NCBI RefSeq assembly: GCF_006345805.1
Contig: NC_043001.1
Span: 114,948,001 to 115,012,000 of the forward strand
Length of the DNA: 64,000 nucleotides
From: Octopus sinensis
Taxonomy: Eukaryota
Reading direction: 5' to 3'
Shown: piece after piece, positions 25,936-40,300 of the stretch
Position numbering within the stretch: position 1 is the first letter of the stretch
Layout: each line of letters begins with the position of its first letter
Made by a program: the position numbers and the translations under genes
Notes under the pieces: model-generated
Seen by the model: only the letters and a program-made list of their open reading frames with translations
Told to the model about the DNA's origin: nothing
Databases searched by the model: none

Positions 25936-27299
25936 AACAAACAAAATTATCCTGTATTGATGCTGAAATTCCAATGAAGGAGCCTTGGATCTAGGTTAGA
26001 AGCTGGCTCTTTCTCTATTGGCACGAAATCTTGAAATAAACTCAATAATGACATACATACTGAGACGCACATATACATGAATACATACATGCATACATAC
26101 ATACATACATACATGCACACATACATACATACATACATGCACACATACATACATACGCACACACATACATACAATCGGTGCTCGTAGTTTTGAGAATAAA
26201 TTTGTGATAACCTCATAAATACGTAATAACCTGAAAAGGGTAAGGTTTTCAGAAAAGAATCAATGTACCAATACAGAAAGGGGAATAGTAATAGCGTGCA
26301 ATCCTTTTCTCAAGATTAAAACGTGAATTTGCTTTCGTTATCTATATTCCAACGGCAGAGCTTTGTATCTTTGTTAGAAACGAGCGACTTCCTTACAGGA
26401 TACATTTAGATACCTTAATATAGAAGGAAGTATTAACATTACCTAGCATAACATTACATATTTGTATATGATTTAAATAAAATCGTGACTATAATATGCC
26501 TATCAGTTTAAGAAGAGAGTCAATAAAATAGTAGGCGTCCTAAGGTTAATATAACGTTGCTGTATACTGAAACCTCTGATGCCCCTGGTTCAGCGCAGTG
26601 TAATGAGTAAAAGAAATAAGCAAACACATGAATAACATAATAAAAACAATATATCGAAGTAGCTAATATTTTTCTAAAGACAACCGTTCTGTTAAATAAG
26701 TAAACCGACAGAGTATTTTCTGTGAAACATAACAAGGAATACTAAATTTGTTGACAATAGATTAGTGATGATAGTAGCCGTTTGTTCTATGAGTTTAATT
26801 GAAAACATTATAGAAAAATTGTGAAACTACCAACGATACATCATCAAGGAAACCGTTAAATGAAACAACTGATAAATAATATATATTCTTTGTATTTTGT
26901 TAATGCCAAGGGATATACTTTGAATGACAGTGAATAATTTCCCATGACGCACAATATTGATGTATGGGAAGTACAAACTCTCTTTGCTCTTTTAGTTTTT
27001 AAACTGTGATAGCTGAGATTTCAGTTTCAAATGTAAGTCTCCAAATAATTAGTAGCGTGGCCATTGTTCAGGATACGTTATCATCTCTGTGAGAATGTTT
27101 CAGGAGAATTATTTATCAACACCGTTGTATTGTATTAATGTGTATGTGTGCGTGTGTGCGCATCATGTTACATCACAAGTACATATATACTCAAACACGT
27201 ACACGCAAACACACACGCAAGAACACAAACGCACACACAAACATACACACAAACATGCGCAAACACACAAACACACATATATACATAAAGACACCGAGA

Positions 27300-27650
<351 letters not shown>

Positions 27651-30600
27651 AGACACAGAGACATATGCATGCATACACAATTAGATTCATATAAACATAT
27701 TTACATTTATATACGTCTGTGTATATGTATGTATGTAAGTGTATGCAAGTGTGTCTGTATATTTATTTTGGGTGTGAATATAGCATAAGTCAAAGCGAGT
27801 ATCTGGACGCCAATCACACGACAATGCAAATATTAACTGAAGCAACAGTGCTAATTAGTTGCAAGAGAATAATCAAGTATGTATTAATTATATTATTTGA
27901 CTTTATTTCATTAAATGCACTCATTAAAGGAACATAATTTGTCTCAATGACCTCCTATGAAAGACTCTATCCATGTTAGAATTGAAATTCATCAACTAAT
28001 GTCACTGAAATATTTATTAATTGCAATAATGTTGAAACAATTTACATAATATCCCCAAATCAATATTTACGGAAAAAGAAATTGTGTCATTAATATTATT
28101 TACTCTTTTACCCCTTCACTGGAATTAAACATTGGACTATGACCATAGTGTGGTACCAGTTTGTATTTAAGTTTTAATCATAGACATGCGCGTCGCTAAA
28201 GAGGGAGTCACTGAACGGCAATGTCCCCTCACTATTCAGTGGTGCACCCTCAGATTTACTCCACTTTGCTCCATTTTAGTATTATTACAAATTAGTACCC
28301 ATACAGAATGTTCTGAACACTGGCCTGCTCATATACGCTGTGTAATGACTTCAAAAGTATTGGACTGGTGCTCGATCAATCAACAAAATTATTGAACTGT
28401 CTATGTTCCCATACGAAATCAGAAATAATATTTCTATTTTAAATAACATTTAACTTTTCTTCTGTTCGGGATATAATCCCTCTAATCCATTCTGATATAC
28501 TCGTGATCATGTATTCTAATTTTGTTTATGAATTACGTATATTATTATGCCATGCATTTAGTCCATCTCTAGTATGCATGTGATTAGCCGTTTTTCTTAT
28601 TCGAGATGTAGAGTATAAATATTTGAGTTTGAGTTATGCGTCTACTTCCGCCTACGACTAAGCTAACTCTTCGCCACAGAGGATGTATAAGCCAATGTTT
28701 GAAGAGTTAAGCGAATGAGTACAAAACGCCTACAGCTATGTATATTTTGTTAATAAAAGTGGTCGTATGCAGCACAACGAAGTAAAGAAATAGTCGCAAT
28801 TGCTGTATAAAGTAAGGAATTATTCTCGACGCAGTTGAAAATACGTGAAGACTGACTCTGACCGATAAATACCAATCAAGCATATTTGAGGCAGTAACGC
28901 TGACGAAATACAAAACAAGGATATGAAGGCTGACAAAGTGTTGGTCTCTCAATTAGGCTACACGTGCATTGCAGTTTAACTTGATCCGTATATATTTCGT
29001 TTTATTGAAATTAAAATATCAGCTGAAATGATACGAAATCACAATAATATCAACGTTCGACAACAGCATGAAGAAAGAAGTCATGTCTACGTTTTCCTTA
29101 CAACATTTTCAATTTCCTTGTTTTATTATGAAATCATCTATCTATAGATTGAAACAAAGGATAATCTGTTGGTAATAAATGCAGTGAGCGTGCTGAATTG
29201 TTGACAATGTCACCATCCAAACGATCTAATTTTTTCTGGAAAAAAAGAGCACTTAATAATGCTGGAGCATATAACACTTCTGCTTATGAAAGCAGCTACT
29301 TTTTCATTGTAATGTTTATGTCATGTTGCAAGGATTAAACAGTTCTTCTGATAGTCTTTTAATGTTTAAGTAATTCATAACAACACCGGCCGTATTCTAG
29401 AAATTCTGTGTGAACACTTGGATTTTGGTGCTCGCAGTAGTTTCTCATTTGCTGATCCAGTGAAAATTAAATTGTCTCTTGAATCCTTCACTGCATCTTT
29501 GGTCCACAAAATGTTATGAGTGAATCATTGTTCAAAAGAATATTGCAGATGCAAAGTTAAATTCAAACGAGATTTAATAAGTCAGCTAAATTCCCTCCTT
29601 ACATTTTGTACCGATTTGCCTGATGTGACCTGGAAAATACAACATACATTCAGTTTCTACCCTAAATCTCAGGTGCCTTTTCGAGGATCTAATCCAAGTA
29701 TTATTCATAAAAATTGCCCCTCATAGTGACTCCTCTTCTAGAATGAGCTTTAACGCAGATATATTAATCGCCATTTTTAAACCGTTAAAAACAAGAAAAG
29801 CATTTGCGAGGTTCACTGCATCAAGCTACATTGCAGAAATGGTCCCCCCCCCCTCATGTGTAAGTACTTCTCTGTGGAAATTGATACAGTAAGCAATGGC
29901 GAATACGTTGCTCTTTAATGTATTGACACTCTATGGGTTTAATCTTTGTTAAAGACTGTAGTGACACATTTCTGACTAGAAGACATTATAAACAGACCTA
30001 GAGGTTATATTACCCCATTTAAATGTCGTCAAGCCTTGGGTGAGCAATAATTTAAAGCAGTGAAATAATTATTTCCGCGTACCCCAATAATTAACGCACT
30101 AAGGCAAGAAATTTCATTAATTACAATTACATTTGTAGTGCGGAGAAAGAGTTAGCTTAATGATTAATACTCGTCAAGAATGGCTGGGAGGTCAACACAA
30201 AAATTATATACTCTTTTACTAGTTTCAGTCATGCTATCGTGGTCATGCTGGAGCACCACCATAATTAACATTATTTTAAAATCATTTTCAATGTAACAAA
30301 ATATCTTGGCTCACTACGCTGAATAACTGAACTTACTGAATGGAGTGTAATAGAGAAATGAAAATAAAACTTTAAATATTTTTGTTATTGGTTGATTATG
30401 AATGTCCACAGTAAACAGGGGTTTCATTAACCGGACACAAAATGTTATATATGTATAAATTCGTATGTGTCATTTACACTTTGTCCTTCAAAAAAAAGTT
30501 TATCATAATTTTTTTCACTGGCTTCAGTCATTTGGCTGAGACCATGCTCGTGCTCAGCCACATATTAATTCTAAGTACTTTGGTATAATATACTACAGCA

Positions 30601-31211
30601 TCTTCATATTCTACGAACGAGAAAGTGGGCATAGGCGTTAAAGAAGCTAATTAGGTAAAATTTGACTTATCGAAAACAAAATAGGTATTTTGTAAATTCA
30701 GTCTCAAATTACAATTCTATTTGTATTCAGTTCGTATGACAAGTTAAAATATATTAAATACAATATATCTACAAGTTTGGCAGGATGTACCGGGACAAAA
30801 AAATATCGTCTTGCAGTGTCAGTTGGACAACCACATTTCATAACTATCATAAAGATGATGACTGTCCCTTCGCAATTCCACACAGGCTGCCAATAACGAA
30901 TCACCTGTTATCACCATAACGAGACATTAATGCAGGAACCGGAATATCTTACATCTGTCTCTATAACGAACAGCGTAGCTGCACAAACGTCGGAACAGCA
31001 CATATTCAAGTCTAAGGAAAACGGAATGAATAGACGGGAGTACGCGTCAGTGCAGTTTGTTGTCAAGATCGTTACAGATTGCTTTAACGTCTACAATAAA
31101 TATATGCAGGTAATATCTGTTCACTTACTATGTATGTAAGTTTGGGTATGTGTGTATTTATGTGAAAATGTGTGTGTGTGTGCGTGCAAACATGCGTGCG
31201 TTTGTGCGTTA

Positions 31212-31244
<33 letters not shown>

Positions 31245-31407
31245 TGGCCTTTTGGACCTTTACCTCTCTGTAAGAAACCAGTTCCTTCATCAAAGAAATA
31301 ACTTAAATAATAAAAAAAAGAGAAAACATACATTACCCATTAACATTACAGTCGGTGATATAATTGTAAAGAGGTTTAATACCTCAATGTATATGTTTAA
31401 TATTAGT

Positions 31408-31750
31408 GGAGGCGAAATGGCCCAGTGGTTAGGGCAGCGGACTCGCGGTCATAGGATCGCGGTTTCGATTCCCAGACCGGGCGTTGTGATTGTTTATTGA
31501 GCGAAAACACCTAAAAAACTCCACGAGGCTCCGGCAGGGGATGGTGGTGATCCTTGCTGTTCTCTTTCACCACAACTTTCTCTCACTCTTACTTCCTGTT
31601 TCTGTTGTACCTGTATTTCAAGGGGCCGGCCTTGTCACTATCTGTGTCACGCTGAGGGTGCACGTGTCTGTGGAGTGCTCACTTACTGTTCCGTTGATTC
31701 GGATCAACCAGAACCCTCATCGTCGAAACCGACGGAGTGCTTCCATTCCA
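31408..31750 (+). mobile_element. tRNA-derived SINE, head C with a third tail type
   Basis: Head as in 20613 and 24320. Flanked by TGTTTAA(T/C)ATT inside a degenerate ~42-bp minisatellite. Confidence 0.85.
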
Positions 31751-32519
31751 TGTTTAACATTGAAAAATTGTAGAAGGGTTAATACCTCAATATATTTTTA
31801 AATATTGAAAAATGTAAGACGTTGAACACCCCAATGTATGTATGTATGTATGTGAAAGAACAATGTTATAGAGAAGCAAAGGGTCGGCGGGCGCTTTCTG
31901 TCTTCTCCCATCCTTATCATTCTCGTATCATTATCATTCATTTCATTAATGTCTTGTCCAGCCCACAAAGCTACCTAATCTTTATACTGTCTTTATGACA
32001 AATTTAATAAAATTAATAAAATTAAAGCAGTGTCGCTTTGAAGACAAAAACAAAATTCTACCCCGTATTGACGAAAAACGTCGGCCAATTCTGACGCCAT
32101 AATAAGAGTATACGTCAGAATTTTCAATCGAAAAACATAACGGAATTCAACTGAGCAAATTTATTATCTCCCTTTGATTTGTGTTGAACTACTTGCTAAA
32201 ATATATGGCATATTTTAACAAAATTTCTTTCACAGGAGATGGAATTTATTAAAATATTCATAATAGTAGTAATTCCACATTCATACAGTTCACTACTACA
32301 TCAGAAATTCGGTAAGAAGTTTATAACATTGAACTTGAAAGTTTAAAAGGCGATGTTGACATCTTCGGGTTTTCAAATTTAAATAAAGCTGTGAAGAAAT
32401 GCCACTAAGCAAGCAATTTGTTCGACGAGCCAACGATCCTGCCAGGTCCCTTTTTTAAATAAAAGTATTTTTATCATTGGCACCAGCGAGATATTGTTGG
32501 GATAGCAGTTGTCTGAAAC

Positions 32520-32844
32520 ATCACCATGAAAATTTCAGTAGTTCATGACACGCATTCAATCGTGACTGCTTTTGATCCTTCGTGTGCAAGCGACGCACAA
32601 ATTTTGTTGCAACTCTTTCTATTCGCAATTCTTCGCTCAAAATTCGTCGGCAATCGTCCTGAACGAGTTTGTCTACAAGCGACAAGTGATCATTCCTAAT
32701 GCATGGAAACCACTCGTAAATTTGTGTTTTGCTCATGGCAGCGATCTTGCAAGCTGTTTCAAGCAGGACAACTAGTTCGGCCGCCGTTTTCTGCGGCAGA
32801 AAACAGAATTTCATAAGAGCATGTTATTCCTTCGTTTCAGCCAT
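32520..32844 (-). pseudogene. mariner transposase N-terminal relic
   Basis: MAETKE*..MKFCFLPQKTAAE...MSKTQIYEWF...ILSEELRIERVATKFVRRL.TKDQKQSRL. Possible TIR remnant AAAAGTAACCGGAA near 33000-33013. Confidence 0.85.
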
Positions 32845-33126
32845 CGCACAAATCGACGAACAGGGGAGAAGCGCTGCGAAACAAAGACGCACCACATGAC
32901 AGTAAGACGCCGATCGATAGACTGATGCCTGAGGGTCGCATCAAGTAGCTTCTAACGGCGGAAGCCTGAGCTATAATAGGTTTGTACCACAGAGAACGTT
33001 TCCGGTTACTTTTGGGTATTATAATCTCCCTTTACGTTCAGTTCTATATTTAAGAGATGAGGAATTATGTACATTATTTACATTATTTATATTCGACGGA
33101 TATTTGTCCTCATCTGGTTTGTTGTT

Positions 33127-33172
33127 AACATAACGTTTTGGCTGATATACCCTCCAGCCTTCTTCAGGTGTC
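33127..33172 (-). ncRNA. Minimal hammerhead-like motif (G12 mutated to A)
   Basis: GACAC-CTGAAGA-A-GGCTG-gagggtatat-CAGCC-AAAAC-GTT-ATGTT. Confidence 0.5.
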
Positions 33173-33386
33173 TTGGGGAAATTTCGAACCTGGGTTCTCA
33201 TTCCTAAGGTATTTTTTGATGTTTATTGTTATTATTATTATTATTATTTCTATTGTTCAGGTCACTGCTCGGTATCGAACTCGGAATCTTGGGGTTAGTA
33301 GCCGGCGCTCTTAACCACTACGCTATATGCCCGTGGGCATCGAAACGTACCTTAGGAATGAGAACCCAGGTTCGAAATTTCCCCAA

Positions 33387-33432
33387 GACACCTGAAGAAG
33401 GCTGGAGGGTATATCAGCCAAAACATTGTGTT
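33387..33432 (+). ncRNA. Minimal hammerhead-like motif (G12 mutated to A)
   Basis: GACAC-CTGAAGA-A-GGCTG-gagggtatat-CAGCC-AAAAC-ATT-GTGTT. Confidence 0.5.
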
Positions 33433-34754
33433 AAAAACAAACAAGATGAGGACGAATATCCGTCGAATGTAAATAATGTAAATAATGTCCCTTTACGGTG
33501 TTGCAATATTAGAATTTAAATGACATCATAGCTGGTTATATTTCAACTTTTACAAATCGTCATCTTTCATGAAATAATTGAAATTGTCATATGTCCTCTG
33601 CAATGAAAGCATTTATATATAAGATAAAAAAACTAATAATAACACTAGTTTCAAATTTTGGTAGATATATCTATGCGAATACATAAACCCTGTTTTAAAC
33701 GTGGAACCAAAAATAGTTTCCCTCGTTGAAATAAAGGTTTAGAGTAAAAGGCGACACAATGCTTAATTAAAAAAAAAAACATAAAACAGAAAATATGTTT
33801 ATCAATTTTTCAGATTTAAAATTTTTATGAACAACATTATACACCACATTACCCAAACAAGGAAATTCGATGCTGAAACAATATGTATGCATTCAAGATA
33901 TTTTTAATATTTTCATAATAGAGGCGCCTAAGACATCCTCTCGATGTATTACACGGATTTTGATCAGTGAAATATTTTTACGAGTGAAGGCTCGCTAAAC
34001 CCAATGAGAACAAAATACAACTGATTATATGTGAACATTCTAGTAGTGAATTAATGCCATATTTCGATAAGGCCAATCATGAACTTTTTATCGACATGGC
34101 GAATGCAGGTCTGATAGTGAAGTGACGCCATAATAAAATGAGGGACGGATCTGCAGAGCAAGGTTGCAGGTTGATGTGGAGAATACGCAAAATACGTCCT
34201 ACATCAGGATCAGTAATTTTACTTGATTTTATGAAAGTGTCAGTGAAAGGTTTCTTGAAAATGGTTGTAGAAAATTAATCATTCGGCTATCTTTCTAAAG
34301 TGATGGAACAGAATGATCTGATAGCGAACTGTGAATCTGCATTATTTGTGATGGGATGAAAGGAAGAAACAACGGAGAAAGGAGGGAAAGAGAAAAGGTG
34401 AAGTTAAACAAATAGAAAAGGAAAGAAAGAGGGACAGAAAAATAGAAGAGGTTATGAAAGAAAAAATGATGAGAGAGAAATAAGACACCGATAACACAGA
34501 GAAGAGAGTAGAGAGAAAAGAAGAAAGCAATAGAGAGAGGAGTGAAAGAGAAAAGCGGTGAGAAAAATATAAGAGAGCGAGACCAGGAAAGAGGCAAAGA
34601 AAGATAAAAAGAAAGACAGCCAAAGACAGACAGATGGACAGAAAGAAAATTGAAAAATAGAAAAAAGTGGTGAAAAAGAAAAAGAGAATGTGAATATAAG
34701 GAGAAAGAGAGCGAAAGAAGGAAAAGGAAGAAAGAAAAGTAGATAGGCAGACCA

Positions 34755-34756
<2 letters not shown>

Positions 34757-34824
<68 letters not shown>

Positions 34825-34837
34825 GGATAGATAGATG

Positions 34838-34894
<57 letters not shown>
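34757..34894. repeat. (GATA)n flanking the LINE 3' end
   Basis: Directly visible; preceded by a purine-rich low-complexity tract at ~34330-34750. Confidence 0.95.
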
Positions 34895-34895
<1 letters not shown>

Positions 34896-34896
34896 A

Positions 34897-37174
34897 AGAT
34901 ATGTTTCTTTATTAGCCACACAGGGCTGCACACAGATAGAACAAATTACAAGGTAGAGCTTTTCTTTTGAAGGTTTAAAAAAAAAAAAAAAAAAAGGAAG
35001 GGGGAGTTTCGATCAAAGGGATCGTAAAAGGAGAGAAAGAGGACAAAAAAAGGGGGGGTTAAAAAAAAATTAAAAAAAAAAAAAAAGGGGAGAGGAAAAA
35101 AAAATTGATCAATAGGGATCGTTATCACAGAATGTCAATATGAAGTGTAAAGGGGGAGACAGGTGAGGTTTACCCGTGGAAAGAAAAGCCTACGGAAAAG
35201 ACCACGGTCAATGAAGTCACATTTTATATTCTTTTTTTTTTTTTTTTTTTTTTTGCAAATAAGCAACTCTCTGTTTTCGATTTCTGGGTTCATAGGACTA
35301 TGCTCAAGGTGGCTTCGTCATTCATACGTGCCATTCTTGCTACATTCACCCATCTTTTTTTAAAACATTCGCTAGACAAAACTTGCCTCTCTACTCTCAC
35401 TTTCCTTTTCAAGTGGTACTTGAAGAAGTTGATGAGAGATTGACCAGAGAGGAAAGTGTTTGTCTCCAATCCTTTCAGACGCGTCCACCAGATACATTCT
35501 TTCGCCATAGCCACAAGGATGATGAAAATAGCTCTTCCTTCCCGTTTGAAGGAAGGAGGCGTGACAATATTGACGATAGACTCAGCTGATAAACCGACTC
35601 GTCCCACACGTGACAGCAGTTGTTCGACATAAGCCCACAGGTCGGAAATTGTTGGACACTGAACGAGTGCGTGCAGAACGGTTTCGTCCCTCTGACCGCA
35701 TCTCGGGCAGGTCGGCCCCGTGTTTCTCGAGCCGTGTCTGTAGAGCTTATCCCGAACGGGTAGCGCTTCTCGGTAGCACTGCCAGGCCAGGGATCTCTGG
35801 AAGTTGTCCATGGGCCCTGGCCCGAAAGTCGTCCCGAACAGGCGGGTCAGGTACTCCTCGTCGACGTCCAGGTTCGCCCCGAGCTCGTCGTCGTACCTCC
35901 CCTCCACTAAACCCCTATAGAATGCTTTGGTTGTGTTGAAGTCACTTAAGGTCGACCCAGGACGGCAGAGTTGCTTGAGAGCAACGCGACACTCGCGGTG
36001 CCATTCGCCCTTCCTCGGCCTCTTTTTGATCCACGACTGCAGTTCGGTCATGGAGACGAGCTGCGGGAAAGCGTGCCTCACAAACGGCGATCACACCTGT
36101 TCACCGTCGTCTACATAGAGCCAGAGATGTCGCAGTCTCAGCGCGTGTCTGCGCATCATCAACCACGGCATGCCCAGCCCTCCTTTTAACGGGTGTTGAC
36201 AGCAAATGGATCGCCTGACCATCGGACGCATCCTTTCCACAAGAAGCGAAAGAGGATGCGTTGTAGTTTGGTGATGGTAGGGTCGGGACAAGGTACGACG
36301 GTCAGGCGGTAGTAGATGACGGACGCGATGTACGTGTTCGCCACCTCCGCTCGACCTTTTAGGGACAGTTTTCTCTCGGCCCATTGCCGGGCGAGAGTGA
36401 CCACCCTACTCGTTATCTCGTTCCAGTTCTTCTCCACTTGGAGGTCCGGACCGAACCAGACCCCGAGCAACTCAACGGGGCCGTCGGTCCAGCGTCCCAC
36501 GACGGAGGCGCTGGTGGACGGCATGGGCTTGCTTCTCCAGGTGCCTAGTCGCAAGCCCACTGACTTTTCCCGTTGATTTTCGCTCTGTGTCACCGCTTCG
36601 TAGTTTTTCAGTGTCTCGCCGACCAGCTCGATGTGCTCGTGGCTAGACACTATGACGGTGACGTCGTCCGCGTATGCAGACACGCTCGTCCCGCATCCCA
36701 ATTCTCGCGGGATGCCCCTTAGAGTCGCCAGCTTCCGCAGTAGTGGCTCAAGAGTCAATACGTATAGAAGCGCCGAGAGGGGGCATCCCTGACGGACCGA
36801 ACGTGCAATGTCGAAAGGTCTCGATAGATGTCCATTTACGCGAATTACCGAACGGATGCCTCTGTACAAGGCAGCTATCCAGCCGCGGAAGACGGGACCG
36901 AAACCAGCCGCTCTCAGGGCCGCCTCCAAGTATCGATGGTCTACCCTATGAAAGGCTTTCGATTGATCCAAGTTGATCAGGGCCCCACCCATGCCAGGTT
37001 CGTTAACTACCCTGTCTATGATGTAGCGCATCAGATGGAGGTTGTCATGGATGGTCTGGCCTGGCACGGCGCATGTTTGCGCCTTGTCGACCAGTTTCTC
37101 GATGACAAGCGCCAACCTCTTGGCTAGCACCTTGGCCAAAATTTTCAAGTCTGCATTAAGCAGAGTGATGGGCC

Positions 37175-37175
<1 letters not shown>
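34897..37175 (-). mobile_element. 5'-truncated Tx1/L1-clade LINE inserted in (GATA)n
   Basis: GC-rich island with ORF2, a pyrimidine-tract 3' UTR and AATAAA at 34913-34908. Both junctions abut (GATA)n. Confidence 0.9.
35290..37175 (-). pseudogene. LINE ORF2: RT domain plus C-terminal CCHC knuckle
   Basis: [60 protein letters not shown]. Compensating frameshifts near 36570, a frameshift near 36225 and a stop near 36093. Confidence 0.92.
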
Positions 37176-37359
<184 letters not shown>

Positions 37360-40300
37360 CATAAGGCTATAGAAGCAAGAAAGTAAAATGGAATGTAAAC
37401 GAAGAGGGAAGATTGGAAGAAATGATAAAATGGAAAATACGCAAAGAATGATTGGAACGATGGAGGTATAATGGAATAAAGGAAACGTGAAAGAAAGAAG
37501 AAAGGAAGAGAAAAGAGAGAGAGAGTAGGAGAGGGAATGAGACCAGAGTGAATCTTACTGTGCTTCAGTTTGAGTAAATATTTCGAATGTAGCTCCAAGA
37601 TGGCCAGTGACTCGGACTGGAATTTTCTCTTAGCTCATAATTGTTTTGACTTATGCACCAAAGTCGTCGCAAATCTTTTTTTCTAAATGGAAGAATATCT
37701 TTGTCGACATATGCTGGATTTAAACTCTAAAAGCAACACACCCTGTGGTTTACCGATTCCTTTTAACTTATCGACCCCCGAAGAAAATATCGACAATGGA
37801 TGCGCCTATTTCATTTCAAAATTATCTTATATTTTATTTTATACCGTTTCAGGATTTATTTTTCTGAGCAAATATCCTAATTAACCTTCTTCTCTGAATT
37901 GACTTTGGAAATTTTTATTTATTAGTTGATAAGTTTATGTTATTGTTTATGATACTATCGTGTATTTTTAGAAAACAGTTGATCATTAATGTAGCAATTA
38001 CAATATCAGTTGGGAGGATGTCTGATCCAGATCAGTAACCACGTAAATGATATATGAAATGTCGTTGTGTTTTATGTTTCTTTCTTCTGTACTTTTGCAT
38101 CATAAATCTTTGTATATGACATTACTGAATCAAAAGCACACTGCTGTATCAGTCATCAAAGTCCATATTAATAGTGGAGAAGAAGTAATTGCTTCATATG
38201 ATACATGATCATTAAGAAAGGGTAGATCAATGAGGGTTTACGATTTCAGATATTATTTCACACTTGCACAACTTTGATGAGAAGCTGTAGACTTGCATAA
38301 TTTCCGTGTAATGATATGGTGTTTGTTTGTTTTTTTTTCATTTATTCGTGACTTTTTGCGGTTAAAGGAGACACTAAGCTGTTCAGTAATGAAGACTGGA
38401 GCCATTTTATATCACTTGTGTCTGAAATATTTTTCTGGAAATAAAGGAATGGCAAAGATTTCCAATATAATAGCCTCTGATGTTTTCAAACTTTATGTAT
38501 TTACCAGATATAATTTTAGATACTTTTTAAAATACATATGTACTATCCCTTTCCTTACCTAAATCAACTGTAGATCTTTATTTGTCTCACTTGTTATCGA
38601 GTGGTCATTTTGGTATCTCATAAGTACGGATTACAGAATCTTTAAATTTTTATCAAGACCAAAATAAATAAATTTCTTATGTTTTTCTATATTGCCAACT
38701 CTGTGTATTTAGTAAATATGTTGATGTTTTTGCTTAGTTGCTGATTAACCTATCCTTAAGTGAGCAGACCTAAGATCAAACGTCTTCAATCAGTAAGCAG
38801 ACCTAAGTTCAATATCTTTCAGACGTCATGAATCCAGAGCTGTACTTTTAAATATGTTTTTCGTTTGCAAAGTTCTAACGGTGCGAGTTGTGAGAAATTT
38901 CGAGCAGGTTGGTGGACACATACAGTTTTCCCTATTTGTTTCAAAGTAGGATATTGAGATATCTAATTAAGTCAATGCTAGCATATTTGATAAATGAATA
39001 ATCACAAGGCTAATTAGAAATTATGTGGTGAGAAAAAGCAATACTAAATAGCGATAAATATTGTTCTGATTATTAAACAAAAATATCAGTGAGTTCTAGA
39101 ATATATGCAATAGATAGCTGCCACGATTTGCTAGTATATTCAGCGAATATTAGATGATATCAATCACTTGAAATACAGAATACAAGGAAAACATATTCAG
39201 CTATAGCTGTGGAATTAAGGGATTGCCGAGAAACCACGTCACTGAAAGCCATTATTCAGAATAACTCTTCAGTAAATGAAGGTAGAAAACGAATCAAATT
39301 TAAATAATTTATATACATAGTTACGTTTAAACACGTTAATTTCCGATAAAAGTAGGTTTCTATAAAACAATATGTTTTTGTTTTCCTTCATTAAACATTT
39401 CTAGAACTTTGCCCATTAATTCGGGCACACAGGGCGCATAGTTCAGATGGCTTGCTGACGCGTGCCACACAAGCTCACCAGTACGTAGAAATGCACTGAT
39501 GTCACGTGAAAGCCCTCACCTTAAGGTTAAATGTCCTAAGTTTTAAAGTTAAGCTTGGGTGTCAACAGTGCAGAGACTAGCAGAGTAAATCGTAAAACAA
39601 TATCGGTAGATGGCAAAAGGATACTTGCTTTATGTTTCCCGAGGAAAACAATATATGGAACCTTCAGGCTGTGACATAGAGAACTATGATCACCAACACC
39701 TGTAGCTATGGCACGTGAAGAATGGATGGGTAATAATCGACGATTATTTCTTACTGTTATTTATGAGAATAGATGAGGAATGATTTTGTCCCTAATTATT
39801 TATGTAATATTTTACTTCTAATTAATGAGAGACATTTAAGCATAATGTTTTCGTTCAATTTTTTTATCTGCATGAAACATTTAATCAAGATATGGTATAG
39901 CCGTGCTATGACGAAAATCGCTTTCCAAAAACGTTGTTCGATCTCACTACGAGATTGCTAGAGCAAATGCCCTCTGCTCTAGCTTTTTGTTCATCAATAG
40001 CATGTAATATTTGGTAAAGAGAAAAAAAGAGAAGCCCAGCCAATACGTTTTTAAGTATATGTATGTATTTATACTTTACTTTGGGAATCCTCCCTTTGCA
40101 AAATTACAGCTGGTTAGCTGCATGTATTTATACATGTACTTAGTTCAGCAATAGCTGACGAGGTGAGTATTTTTTGTAAAATATATTGATGCCCAGCAAG
40201 GAAACTTATCATATATAACCCTTATATTCTTTACATGGCATATTTGAGATTAATTCTTCCCTTTTGTTCAATTCACAGGAAGTCATAACTTGAGCGCTTT

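Larger units (their letters stand above)
33037..33487. mobile_element. HHR-tailed tRNA-SINE: full copy (minus, 33332 to 33037) plus inverted partial copy (plus, 33338-33487)
   Basis: A-box TAGCGTAGTGG, B-box GAGTTCGATAC, (AAT)n, HHR, tail. Exact 10-bp TSD TCCCTTTACG at 33027-33036 and 33488-33497. Confidence 0.85.

Noticed and set aside
30770-31139. Plus-strand ORF ending at CAG|GTAAT as an exon
   Set aside because: In-frame stop just upstream, no clear acceptor, no recognisable domain.
39430-39500. GGGCGCATAGTTCAGATGG as a tRNA start
   Set aside because: No B-box or T-arm follows.
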